Positions 47,383 to 60,479 of a stretch of 64,000 bases of DNA are shown here, in pieces; positions within the stretch are counted from its first letter, which is position 1, and the number at the start of each line of letters is the position of its first letter. The stretch lies in contig OZ038378.1 of NCBI GenBank assembly GCA_964036045.1, forward strand, positions 12,958,001 to 13,022,000, read 5' to 3'. The DNA comes from Eutreptiella sp. 'Long Island Sound 2002'. Lineage: Eukaryota > Protista > Euglenida. The notes below the pieces were generated by a model that was given only the letters and a program-made list of their open reading frames with translations, was not told where the DNA came from and searched no databases. The position numbers and the translations under genes were made by a program.

Positions 47383-47473
47383 CAAACTTTTCCAAAATTT
47401 TTTCCAAAATTTTTTCCAAAATTTTTTCCACAAATTTTGGAAAAATTTTTGGAAAAAATTTTGGAAAAGTTTG
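47383..47473. repeat. Fold-back built from a 12-bp repeat: (AAAATTTTTTCC)n then (GGAAAAAATTTT)n
   Basis: CAAACTTTTCCAAAATTTTTTCCAAAA pairs with TTTTGGAAAAAATTTTGGAAAAGTTTG as a perfect 27-bp inverted repeat. Confidence 0.95.
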
Positions 47474-47753
47474 GGGGGGGGGGGCGAATTTTCGACCCCC
47501 GCCCCCCCCCCCCTCTATCCCCCCATCCCCGCCTCAACAAAACACATCGGGGAATCTGGAATTCGGGGACATGTCTCATCAACGAGTGATTTTACAGAAG
47601 CAACAAACAAACGACTCCGAGTGAACCCCGTTTGAGGGCACGGTACGCGGATAACCCCCACGATGGGGTGCCCTTCACCTCACGACCTCGCTCCGAACTA
47701 CCTCACGTGGCGACTTGGAAGGTGCTCCAGCGGTGGTGGTTGGGGAGGGGGCG

Positions 47754-50474
47754 TCACTCTGCCCCCAAAGCCCCCAAGCCCCCGCGCGGTTCCACCGCCT
47801 GTGCGCTGTGCAACGCCACATGCCCTGCGGCGGAGGCGAACCCCACGCACTGCTCCAGAGTGCAGGGCCCCACCCCCTCCGCCCCCGCCCGCCCGCCCCA
47901 CAGATGCATGATTCCCACGGCCATCGCGAAGATCAGGTCGGGCTCAAGCTCCCGCAGGCTGCCGCCCCAGAACACCTCCGGGCCCTTGCGGTGCATGGCC
48001 CAAGGGCCCTGGCCCGGCGCCTTCACGACCCAGTCCCCCGCGCCCCCCTTTCTGGTCGGCAGAGCGCTCATGACGTACATCTGCTGCCGCTGCAGCTTCG
48101 CAAGCGGCCGCCCCACGGCGCCGGGCCTCAGCTGCTCCAGCGGATTGTACTGCCCAGCGGTGCCGGCGCGACCCGCCGGGGCACCCCCGGCCGCAGTAGC
48201 CCTGCCCTGCCCGCACAGGAACAGCCGCACCTCGCGACGCAGCCGCCGCCGCCGGAACGCGAAGCGCGCGGCGCCGTCCCGGTCGTGCAGCACCAGCCCC
48301 CGAGGCCCCACCTGCCGCAGCTCCGCCACGAGGCCCGGGGCAGGCCCGGGGCGCAAGACCAGATTGTGCCGCGTCTCGGCGAGCAGGACCCGCCGGAGCC
48401 GGCACTGCACCACCGCACTGCCCACGGCGTCCGCCGCGAGCGCGAGCCCCAGCGGGGGGTTGCGGCAGAGGTCTGCAGAGGGCGCGAACGCCACGCGGCC
48501 CGGCCAGTCCCCAAGCCACGGCGCCGCGGGGGTACCCAAGCAGTGGTCCTCGAGCCACGGCCTCAGCACCGCCGCGTCAAACGCCCCGTCAGAGCTCTGC
48601 AGCGGCGTCAGGCAGTCCCCCTCCTCCCCTTCCTCCGGCTCCCGGGCAGTGAGGAATGACGCCTCCGAGGGCACGCGGCCCATGGCACTGGACCGCGCGG
48701 TCGCGAAGGAGCCGCCGCTGTCGCGCCGGGCGACGCCCTCGCCGCCGGCCTTGGGGGACTTCACCGGGGATCTCGCCGTGGCCCTCACCACGGGGGGCGG
48801 CGACGGGCACTTCCAGCGCACGGGGGGCGCTGAAGTGGGGCCTGGGACAGGCTGGGGGCCCGGGGCGTCGCCGGACAACACCTCCAGACGGCCGCCCCTC
48901 CCGCCGAAGTCGGCCGGGATTTGGTCGAGTGCGATGTACTGCTGCAGGCTGGGGAGGTACGAGGCGCCCCAGATGTGGATCTTCCGCTGCGTGCGCTCGC
49001 AGATGAGGGGCTTGGCCATGCCCCAAAGCGTCGGGCAAATTCGCGGCGCGTTGATGACGAACATGTGCATGACATGTTCAGGGAACTTGTTCTGGTCGAT
49101 GGCCACCACCTCCTGAGACACGTTTCAGGCGTGGCCGCACGTAATACACACCAAATCGTGCAAAGAAACTGATGCCATGCATTCTGCTCTGGATGGCCAG
49201 TTGGTGTAAAGGGGTTCCATGCCGGTTTCGGGCTTCCCACCCCCAACCCCAAAGCACAACCTTGACTCAACAGAGTCACACAGCTGAGGTTCGGGACTAC
49301 TGCGCGCCGACAGTCTGGGCCATACGTCATGTGAGATCCTATTGTACCATCCCCAGGCAGCATGTCCGAGTGTCAGCATGAATCGCATACCCATTGCACT
49401 GCACATCCAATGCACAGCAGAACCCACTACACAGATCATCCACACGACACACACAAACACACACAAACACACACAGACACGGTGCAGCACTGGAAGCGAA
49501 GGCTGATTCTCAACAACGCTTGGAACCTTCAAATTGGCAGGTGGAATGAGTGGTATGGCAGGGTGCAACAGTATTCACTTAAAAGAACGCACTACTGCAG
49601 ATTCTTTGTCCACTTTGTTTGATGTTTGATGTTTGATGTCTCTTATCTTTGATGTCGCGTGATGTTATCTTTGATGTTGCATGATGTTACCTTTGATGAT
49701 GATGACGATTGTGTGATTGCCGAGATTCGATGGGTAGAAAGAGTTTCAGTCATCCCTCGTGACATTGGCAGATCTTCTTCTTTGGGATGCGAAAGGGCTT
49801 CAAAGATCCAAGGGACATTATGGCATGACGTCTTATGGGAAGGGAAGGTAGTACACAACCGTCTTGAGCTAGGGAAGCTGGGGTGGCCGGATTTTGAGGG
49901 TGTTTGGAAGGGGTCAGTATGGGGTTTCTTCACAGGGGAATCTAGTCTAAAAGTAGCGCGCAGTGCAAGGATTCCCCCTGCTGGCACCATTTGCAACCTG
50001 TTGCTTTGGACCCCACATGTAGTAGATTGAGGTTGTTTTCTGAGTGTGTTGACACGGCGACGCGTCATCACCCCCAAGGGAGTGCCCAGAGAGTGACAGT
50101 AAGAATTGTTAGCACAAACTGCTATCTACCGTTAGTGTTTCAACTCACACCACCTGTTTTGCAGCTTTGTGCTAGACTGTGTTGCACTGGACACTGTACT
50201 GTGTGCAGTGCTGTGGGCTGTGGCTGCGGCAAGTTCGGGGATCTCGTCGCCCATCCAGGTGCATGGTAGGGAGGACCGTGCTCAGGGTTCTGACGTCCAA
50301 GAATTTAGTTAATTTAATTTTTTCCACTCTTTAGAGCCTTACTTATTGTAGCTACTGAGGAAGTGTTTTTCAGGCTCTGCACGGAGGTCGCAATGTGCCT
50401 GAGCCACTGTTGACCTTTCTCGTGGAGCCCATGGTCAGACTGGCCTAGAACCATAGCCCATGCCACACGCACCT

Positions 50475-50526
<52 letters not shown>

Positions 50527-50887
50527 AGGTGGTGACACCCATGTCGTCCCTAAGGAGAGAGTAATGTGTGCTGCTTTGCGTATCTGTTGGTGCGTGTGTG
50601 TGTGTGTGTGTGTCGGTGTGTGTGTGTGCTTTCTGAGTGTCTATTTTTTTTCGAAAGGTGCCTATTGGCATTGAACATGCTTTGTCTTGCTTGACTGTCC
50701 AACTGACGAGAATTGAGCACTCAGGGCTTTTGTAAGTGCCTGTTTGTCGCGTCTTAAATGTGTGTGTGCGTGCGTGTGTGTGTGACGCCCAAATCTTTCA
50801 AATCATGCTCAAACTGCGAGGTTCAACAATGATGCGACGAAACCATGTGTTCTGATGTCCGAGTGCCCTGTCGCCGGGCTTCAAGAA

Positions 50888-50920
<33 letters not shown>

Positions 50921-51823
50921 ATGTGTGCATGAGTGCGTCCTGCTGTGTGACCCTTGGGGCAGCGGCAGAACCCACCATGAGATGTCAGTGAGTCACACCA
51001 AGGTGCTCGCGGCTCGAGAGGGATGACTTGTGCGAGCTTGGAGGGATGACTGTGTGAGTGTGAGTGGAAGTGAGTCCTGAGCATTGGTCACTTGCAACGT
51101 TGTTGTCTTTTTCTGCTGTTCTCAAGTTCTCCTGTGTATGTGTGAGTGTGAGTGTGAGTTTCAGTGTTATATCACTGTTGTTCTTTCGGTCTCGGACTTC
51201 TTGGAGCGCAGCATTTTTGCTCCTCTGATGAGGATGTAGGAGGCAAGTCCTTGCAGTGCCTATTCATTCTACCCGCTGCATTTGTGGCTGCACTGGGTAT
51301 CTGTTGGTTCTTGTTTCCAAGACTAAGTGTGTGCGGTATGCTATTGGCATTTCCCCATGACCATTCAGCAATTGTAGGTTTAGGGCTGCATGCTCTGATT
51401 TTCCCTCTTTCCTTTCTCCTCTTTCCTCTCCCTGCTTTTGGTTGTATGCTGTACGTCTTTGTTGTTTTTTCTTTTCCCCTCAATATAGGGTTATGCACTC
51501 TGGACTACTCGCTAGGCTAAAATGAGGATTGCTGGTGCCATCTGATCCCAGCTGCTTTGGACCCCACATGTAGTAGACTGAGGTGGTTTACTGGGTGTGT
51601 TTACACGGCGACGGTTCAGCCGGGTTGGACCTCCAAGGGAGTGCCCAGAGAGTGAAAGTAAGGATTGTTAGCACAAACTGCTATCTACCGTTAGTGTTTT
51701 GACTCGCACCACCATTGTTTTCTGCTGTCCACGGACCACGGATCTGTAGACCTTTCCACAGTTCCCCTGGTGCCAATTTGTTTTGACATACGCTGATAGT
51801 GTGTGCTTGGGTGTCCTGTTTTG

Positions 51824-51866
<43 letters not shown>

Positions 51867-54800
51867 GTGCTGTACTGTTTTGCACTAGGCACCGTACTGT
51901 GTGTATTGTGTGTATTGCTGTTTTGCATGTTGCCCACACAACAGAACCAGAGTATGCTATATCATGCAGTGCACCAGGCTGTGTAAGGGGGCATGGGGCC
52001 TCATGCGCTTGCCCGCGGCAGTACAGGTGGGGGGCTCCAGTCGCCCATTTAGCTGCATGGCAGGGAGTACCGTACTCAGTGCTCTGATGTCCAACAATTT
52101 TTTTCAGCTTTTCTGTTTTTCCCCCCTTTAGAGCCTTACTTACTGTAGCCTTAGAGAAGGTGTTTTTTAGGCTTTGCATGGAGGTGGCAATGTGCTTGGG
52201 TCACTGTTGACCTTTCCCGTGGAGTCCGTCCAGCATCATAGCCCATGCCACAGGCACCAGCACCGGTGTGAGAGCGTGTGTGTGCGTGCATGAGTGCGTC
52301 CTCTTGTTTTGCGACCGGACCCTAGGTCCAGCGGCTTAACCCACCATGAAGATGGCGATCAGTGAGATGTCACACCAAGGGGGCATCCTGGCACAGCGCG
52401 CACAGTGCGCATATGATAGGGAGAAATTGGGGAGTTTTGCTGCAAATGGCATTGTTCTTATCTATACAGACCATACTACACCCCCACTATTTTGGACAGC
52501 CTCAAAAGGAATCTCCAACTCTACTATTTATGACCTACAGACTATGAACAAATTCAATCTGGAGCAAAACCCAGCACCATGCCCAAAATGGCATATCCTT
52601 GACTCACGGTAGCACATGTGCAAGACCTAAAGATCGATGACAGATCATTGGTAGCGTCAATTGTGCAGTTGTACGTACCGGTTTCCATGTCGTACTCCAC
52701 AAAGGTCGGAAACGATCGCCGGAGAAAGTAGTAGTGCTGGCCGGCTAACATAGTAAAATCGGCAGGGTTGCCAATTAAAACAAGGTTCATGTCGCTGGAC
52801 CGCATAGTGTTGCCACCGGTAAAGAGGGACGACATGGCATTGCCGATAGTAACACCCTACTGAGCGGCGGCAACCAAGGCCTCTTGGGTTTCCTTTAGTT
52901 GCATTGGGGATGGCATGCCTCCAATAAGAAGGTCTACACAGTAGGAGGTAGGCTCATTGTACCTAGTTAAACAGGGTCAGCCTACAAGAGGCTCCGTCCA
53001 CGGCGTTTTGTTTCTCCTTCTGCTGTTCTCTCGTACTTGTCTTTTGCAGCAAAGTCCGGCAGAGTCTGCATATCTGGTCTGCATCTAGACGTTCAACAAG
53101 TACACCCATTGCTCTGGTGTGTTTGTGCTTACTTTCGTACTGGCTGTGACGTTGCGTGTCAAGCACGCAACGTCAAAGGTAACATCATTACCATGACGCG
53201 ACATCAAAGGTAAGAGATATCAAACATCAAACATCATCATCATCAAGGGTAACGTCACGCGACATCAAAGGTAACAGCATGCCATATTAAAGGTAAGAGA
53301 TATCAAACGTCAAACATTCAAGTAAGACTACACAAGATGCACATTTGCCCACCATGCATCCTCGGATTCTCGGGCTGCTCTTTGTCTAATGGTTGATCTT
53401 CATTTGCACGCTTGTCATCTGCATATTGATCTTGACCTTGACAGGTGCATCCGACACAGGATGCGAATCAACAGAGGCTCATGCAGAGTGCCCAGTTTGA
53501 GGACTACCATAGTGGGGAGAAATCAACGTAGACAGTAGAACATGCAGCGAGTAAAAATAGGTGAAAATGGAAATTGGGTGAAAACCCAAAAATGCCGTCT
53601 CCAATGCAAAAGAAGCACCAAAATATGTGTTATCCAACAACAATGATGCCCCTAGTACCACAAAGTGTGGGTTTCTAGTACGGCAAGATGCCTAAATAGT
53701 CGCACTGCACTGTGCGTGCAGTACTTAAGTTCCCCCCGCAATCCTCGTTTAGCCGAGGGAGTAGTGTAGTGCATAACCCTATATTGAGGGGAAAAGAAAA
53801 AACACCAAAGACGTAAAGCATACAGCCAGGAGCAAAGAGAGAGAGGAAAGAGGAGAAAGGAAAGAGGGAAAATCGGAGCATGCAGCCCTAAACCTACAAT
53901 TGCTGAATGGTCATGGGGAAATGCCAATAGCAGACCGCACCCAGTGCAGACACAAATGCAGCGGGTAGAATGAATAGGCACTGCAAGGACTTGCCTCCTA
54001 CATCCTCATCAGAGGAGCAAAAATGCTGCGCTCCAAGAAGTCCGAGACTGAAAGAACAGAAAGAACCACGGCGATATAACACTGAAACTCACACTCACAC
54101 TCACACATACACAGGAGAGCAGGAGAGCAGCAGACGTCATTGCAATTGACCAGTGCTCAGGACTCACTCCCACTCAGCTTCGCACAAGTCATCCCTCTCC
54201 AACGGCGAGCACCTTGGTGTGACATCTCACTGACATCGCCATCTTCATGGTGGGTGAAGCCCCTGCACCCAGGGTCCGGTCGCAAAACAGCAAGATGCAC
54301 TCATGCACGCACACACACGGACTCACAGCCGCGGATACGCAAAGCAGGACACACAACTCTTACCTCAGGGATGACAAACCACTGGCCATGGGTGTAACCA
54401 CCCACCTACCATGGTGCTACACAGCTCTGATGGCCCTTCTAAGGGCCTGCATATGGATCCCACTGTTACCAAATAATGACCCAAGCCTGGCACACACACA
54501 CACACACACACACACACATTTGTGCACGATCAGATGCCAAATTGCTCCTGAAGAGAACAAGCGACAACCAAGTTGAACATCACCCAAAAAGAAACGACAA
54601 CCAGCCAAGGGTGAGCCAATGTATTGCCAATCGCCATCGGCCGTAGGTTGCTGTGATCGTGGGTGGCACGGTGATACAGATGCTTCACAGCTTGCCTCGA
54701 AACCTTTCCCGTTCTCTCCTGGGACACTCATCCTTGTAACAGTGGCAGGTTACATGTTTTTGACGTTGTGGAGCCTTGCTGCCTATTCTTTGGCATTGCC

Positions 54801-55349
54801 TTTGATGCACACCTTGAGATACTTTGTGACCTCCGAATTGGTGAGAATTTGCATTCCGATCTGCCCTGCGTCCAGAACAATGGTGAGGCGGTCATGCCCC
54901 GACAGGCGGTAGCGCTCCCGCCCCCGCTCAATGACGTAAAAATGCCACCGCAGCAGCGTCTCCTTGTCGAAAGTGCGCAGCAACAGCCCGATGCCTTTGG
55001 GGTTCAGCCGCTCGTAGTACACAGGCCGCCCCCCCAGATCGCTCCCGTGGAAGCCGCCGCGGAACTGCTGCGGGATCTCGGGGGAGAACACGTCGTGCAG
55101 GACCGTATCTACACGCCATTCCCGGCGCCACTGCAGGTATTCACGGAGCAGCACTGCGGCCAGGCCCACATCCCAGCACCGCGCGATCAGGAATCGGTAT
55201 CCCAGGTCCTCATCCCCAATCTTGTTACTGTCCTCAAAAGGCAAAAGGTCCCCCAGGCGCGCGCACAGCTCCCGATAGAGCACGCGCTGCGGGGCATCAA
55301 TCTTGTGGGGTCCGCACCATTCCTGCATCCGGCAGGCGGCTGCGCACAT
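47754..55349 (-). CDS. SEC14/CRAL-TRIO lipid-transfer protein with a C-terminal Tubby-C/LURP-one/scramblase-like region; exons 54813-55349 and 47754-49112 (~631 aa; start may lie further upstream)
   Basis: Exon 1: [47 protein letters not shown]. Phase-0 join AAG|GTGTGC...tctcag|GAG gives KYLK|[23 protein letters not shown]...IHIWG...[16 protein letters not shown]. Very high GC3. Confidence 0.92.
50629..50653 (+). other. Spliced-leader relic (25/26 nt exact) heading a ~130-bp insert (50629-50758) embedded in a (TG)n tract
   Basis: ...gtgtgtg|CTTTCTGAGTGTCTATTTTTTTTCG|AAAGGTG...GTCTTAAA|tgtgtgtg; followed by AAAG, not GT. Confidence 0.92.
52554..52920 (-). pseudogene. Possible Polinton-like-virus / virophage capsid gene fragment
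   Basis: ...[63 protein letters not shown] resembles, from recall, the C-terminus of PLV double-jelly-roll capsids (LFxGxNT..S...L.L...F..YD). In-frame stop upstream. Confidence 0.3.
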
Positions 55350-55679
55350 GCCCCGTCTCCGCCAGGGTCCCTAAAGAGGCATGTTCAGAGCATCACTGGA
55401 GCACTAGAGTGCGAAGCACCATTTGGAGAAGAAAGGCTTCTAACAAACACTGGCGCGATGGGGTCAAATCCTGCCGCAACTCTGAATGCCCACAGGTAGC
55501 AGTACCATCCTATAAAATTGCACACGGGGACTGAATGATCCCCAAATGCACACAGCGCTGTCACACAACAAATGAATATTTCCAGGAGGCCCACATGTGT
55601 GAGAGTTCACAAAACGTACACCGCCCCTGTTGGGAGCTGCACCCTTATCTACTGTTTGTAAAGTATACACACCAATACG

Positions 55680-55965
55680 TTGTACCACTTCGTTTGCACC
55701 ACCTTGTGCCACCTTGCACGACCTTGTATCACCTTGAAGCACCTTGTACCACCTTGCACCACCTTGTACCACCTGGTACCACCTTGCACCACCTTGTACC
55801 ACCTTGTACCACTTTGTTTGTACCACCTTGTAGCACCTTGTAGCACCTTGTACCACCTTGTACCACATTATACCACTGTGTTTGCAGCACCTTGTAGCAC
55901 CTTGTACTACATTGTACCACTTTGTTTGTACCACCTTGTATCACCTTGTAGCCCCTTGTACCACC
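55680..55965. repeat. 10-bp minisatellite (CACCTTGTAC)n, ~28 degenerate copies
   Basis: Seen directly in sequence. Confidence 0.95.
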
Positions 55966-58900
55966 CATTTGGAAAAAGAGTCTTGACACGTGGCGACTGC
56001 ATCTGGAAAATCTAGCCACCTGTGAGGTTTCCAAAGCTCCCCTGAGCGCCTCAAGCCAGGATCGTTGCTTACCACAATTTGAAGTGTGTAGTAATCTCAT
56101 AAATGTACACTTCAGAGGTGCTTTCACTGGCACTCACTCGGCCATTCCCACTCCCATGCAAGGCTTAACTCTGAGTACACTTGCGCTACCCCACTCTACT
56201 TCGTCTTGGGGGTGCAAAGTCGATGCCCGGGGTGCACACTTACTGCCCCCCCTCAGAGGGCTCCCAAAATGGGCAATTTACGAACGCACCTTAGGCAAAA
56301 ATGGTCCACATCAAAGATGGTATTTTGTGAAAAACAGGGTTTTGGAGAAGCATTATATCCAGGGCTCACTTTAATTCTGAGCAGCTAGCAGTAGAACGCA
56401 CATGTTTGTGGCCCTGCATCACAGGGCTATTGTTGTATTCCTACACCGTGTTGTAGTCCTGTGCAACAGTAAACACGAAGTACAGGTAGACAGCGAACGA
56501 AATGTGGTATCCCAGGAACATAAACAAAGGACAATGACATGAAATGAAGCTTCTACACTAAAGGGCAGCGTCTTCTGCTGCCAGCCGTACAGTTGCGAAA
56601 GCAGCAACTAATTGTTGGTGGAAAGAAGCATACTACACTCCGACCAGAAAAAAGAAATCTTGTCAAACACAAAATTAAGATATACAGGAAAATGGGTGCT
56701 TTAGTACACAACATACAAATGGGTCAAACTGGCAGGAGCCGAATTGTTTGGGAGGGCCGCACGCAGGTCAAAGAGCGCTCCACACATGCACGTCCTGGTA
56801 TGCATATGCAGCAATGTCCGGCAGTTCTCACTGATGTGCACTTCACATCACCACCATCAGGCTCAATGTTCTTTGGCTGGCCGTGTTTTGTCAGCCACAA
56901 CCTCTGGCTTGCATTCTACGTACAGTGGGTACCTGATCCTTCCCGGCAGGCCCTTGCTCATAGGCTGGCACTTCAATGGCCAGACCTGCAGGTTACGGGT
57001 GAGATAAGGGAGGGCAGTGTGAGGGTGAGGGGGATCATCGTCAGTAGAAAACGCCGCACTTCAAGTGTCACTGCACAATATGTTGGAAGGGGGCCACAGG
57101 GGGGGGGGGGGTGCGGGGGAAGGGGTGGTCTTGGAGAAAATCAAAGGAAGCACCAAAAGCCCGAAGGGTCCTGCATGTGGCACAAACACCACCACGGGCC
57201 GTAGTGCAAAAGATAATTGCAGACAGTACTGCGTAACGGGGCGGGGGCTGCCAAATATGCACTGGGGGAGACAGGCATAGTAGTTGTTCGTGCTGAGTGT
57301 GAACAAGTGAACTGCCAATAGTACCCCCTCCTCCCCCTTTCGCAAGCACGCTGAAAGTTAGGAAAACAACGGTCAGACGGGTCCCCATGCTTAGACAAGG
57401 CAGTGCTTGCGCAAGGGGGGGGGGGGGGGTAGAATAGACAACATAGAAGATGGCATGCACACTTCGGTGGTTGCCATGGAATGAATTCAGTTGCTGGCAG
57501 CAGAATTGTCAAACAAACACAGTGGGAATAAGGAATCAGACAGCTATTTCTTCTTACGGGATGAGGTGTTTTGAAAAAAAGAATCCGTCTGTTGCAAAGG
57601 GGATAGCGCCAGCAAGATGGCCCTACACATGGCTGTGAGATGCCAGCGTCTTACCTTTGGATAAAGGGGTTGTTCCTGCACTGGCAGCAGAAGGCCTTGG
57701 CAACTTTGTCCCTTTGGTCCTCGGGCACTACCTCACCACTGCCCTAGGCCCCAAATTCCCATGCTGATGCCCCCAAACCATGCTGGACCCCGATCTTCCC
57801 CGACGCTTGGGGGCGCCACACGTTCTCCAGGGTGATGCCTCTCCTCTAGGCGGGCCGCAGCGCTTGGGCAGCTAGTGACGTCCCTGTATGCCAGCTTCAC
57901 CCTTGGCCCCTTAGGGATGCGTACAGTGTAAACCTTAGGGGGCGGGGTCATCCCCCGGCAAGGTCCCACCTCCAGCTGGGCGCCGTCATCTTCAGCGGTT
58001 CTAGCTGCACTCACCCCCACCCACTCACCCCCAAAACATTAGACAACGCTACTGCCCACTTGGTGGAAAGGTCCTTCAAGACGAGGGCCTACACCTCACA
58101 CGAGTCCCCCCCTGTAACCTCATCTTGCAAGTCTATTAGGGCCACACCCCGACAGGACATGGGGATGGCCTCCCCAGCCACCAGGACTGCAAGGGCTTGG
58201 CAGATTTCATTGCCTCCCTCACAAACATTGGTGAGGGTCAAGTGAATGTTGGGGGGGGGGGCACCTGATGCAGCGCGCCTGCAGCGTGTTGTGTTGCTGT
58301 TTGGATTGGTCCTCTTGCACCAGGCCTCTCTAGGCCTCTCTGCGGATGCCCCCCCCCCCCCGTCCAGCGAACAATAAGTCCTCAAAAAATATGGTCCGAA
58401 CAGGAGTGTTCATCGGACGTACTGTTCGGTACCCAATTAATTCGTTACCGAATCAACTCGGGACCTGATCAATTTGGTACCTAAACCCAGTACCGAATTA
58501 ATTAGGTCCAAAAAAAATACGGTCCAAACAGAAGTGTTTGTTGGACAATGCATTTGTTGGACACGGAAGAGGGGGGTGCTTATTTGAGACCGCGAAGGGC
58601 AGCAACAGGCCAAGGGTGCCAATCATATTGGGCCCTTGATTGTGCCATGATTGTGGGAAGCAGGGCTCCTACCAGCGGGTGAACCTCACCCACAGGTTCC
58701 ACACAGGGGATCTTCTCCGCTCCAACCCGGCAGCCACCCCATAAGCCTCCTACAACTCCAACTCATACCCCTGATCTCCAAATCCAGTCCCCACAGTCGC
58801 CCCGGCTACCCCTGCGGCCACCTACGGCTGTTGACCCCCTAGCCAAACCCCCCTCCTCTCTGCCATCGAGCTGCTGAACCGAGTCCCGCACGAAGCGTGC

Positions 58901-60479
58901 CAGGACTTTGCCCCCCCCCCCCTTCCCCCCTCCGGTGCGCATGCTCCCCCCCCATACCTCCCATGGTGCAATAGCCTATAACTTGCATGGCATTGTTTGT
59001 GGGACCTCCAAGTAGGGTTGCCAAGGGGGATTTGAGCGATCCAACAGCAATAGTCACAGGGTATTCCGCGATGGTGAATGTCACTCAACAATTGGCATGT
59101 GCACCACAACCCTAAACAAATTATGTGAAATATTGGGTGTGTAGTGTGCAACTTTTTGCAGGCAACACCTAACTTTCAGTGGACATTTCTCAACCATTCG
59201 TAGGTGTGGCCTAACTTTCGGTGGCCACTACACAACTGTCTGCAGGTGCGGCTGGACTTTTGGAGGGTGTTGTTGAGTGGAATGCAACCCCAAGTGAGTG
59301 TCCCGTCTGCCCCCTGTACCCCCTTGCACCTGCTACCTTGCGCTACAGTACCCCTGCCCCTACACCGACAAGCTCTATCCCCAGCGAAAAAAACGTCAGA
59401 GGGACGCACGCAGTAGACTAAACTAGGTGCGAATCTCCTAACAATAGGGCCTAGGTGTTGTTCCCTTTAGGGAGGGTGTAAGTGCCTTCACCATGAAACA
59501 CTTGGGGGGGGGGGGCTAGATTTTTGTGGGAATGCTTGGATTTTTTCCCACTAGAGGGTGCTGAAACGCACCGCGCACCGCACCGCGCACGTTAGAGGAC
59601 ACAACACTTTAGTGTAATGCATACCCTTTCGCAAGGTAGGCAGGGACACGGTGGTCTAAGGGGTTTGCATGCAACAACGGTCTCCTCCGGTCCAAACACC
59701 TCATCCGTACAGTGTTGATGGTTGCAGCTGCCCACACCCCCTGCAAAGGAGGCCATTTGCTTGAGATACAAATGGGGCCACAGCTCTCACGACCAATAAA
59801 AAAGAGATGTGATGTGTAGCAAAAATTCTGCATGTACAGAGATAGACTTGTCCGGGTTTGGTTTCAAGAGACATAACCATGTGTAGAAGTACTAATGGAC
59901 GGCTCATATTGGGTTGCCACACAATCCGCCGATGAGCCCACAATGGTGGCGAGCACACACTCGTTGATAGTGCCTCGAAGATAGAAGACACAGCTGATTG
60001 GTAACAACAGTTTGGAATTCATGGACAGGTGATCTATCCGGAAAAAATACATTGAAATGGGAAGCTTTTGTGCATGCATCATCACCACTTCCCCAAATAA
60101 TGTCCCCAAAGCGTGTTTTACCCATACACAAAAAATAGCATTACCCAACCATTGCATACAATGCACACTGGCCACGTTTCAGCAACGTTTAGTGTGAGCA
60201 TGTATTGTGTGTGTGTCGGGCTGACGCCGCACGGCGCAGGAAGCACCCTCCTAGCTATCCCCCTTGGCCCTAGTAGAGTCACCCATAGTTCAGGTGCCTC
60301 TCAGAGCGTGTTGGCAGGGGTAGCGTGGGGTAGAGGGGGGCGGCTAGGGTATTCCCCCCCACCCATCTCTCATGCTTGTCACCCTCAACATTAATTGAGT
60401 CACCTATAGCTGAGGTGTCCTCCTGGACCTAGCCGGCAAGGATTGCCTGTCACAGGCATAGGCATAGGGGGAGTGTTTG

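Larger units (their letters stand above)
49620..54330. repeat. Patchwork of direct and inverted duplications inside the 5700-bp SEC14 intron (49113-54812)
   Basis: Inverted: ~50905-51520 vs ~53745-54320 and 49620-49710 vs 53165-53315. Direct: 49980-50150 vs 51535-51715 and 50320-50470 vs 52115-52260. (TG)/(CA) microsatellites at 50477-50524, 50886-50916, 51826-51863 and 54490-54518. Confidence 0.88.

Noticed and set aside
47632-49116. 494-aa plus-strand ORF and other overlapping ORFs
   Set aside because: Antisense shadow of the very GC-rich SEC14 exon 2.
46658-50653. SL matches as SL RNA genes
   Set aside because: Neither is followed by the GT donor or SL-RNA intron; both are single copies rather than a tandem array.
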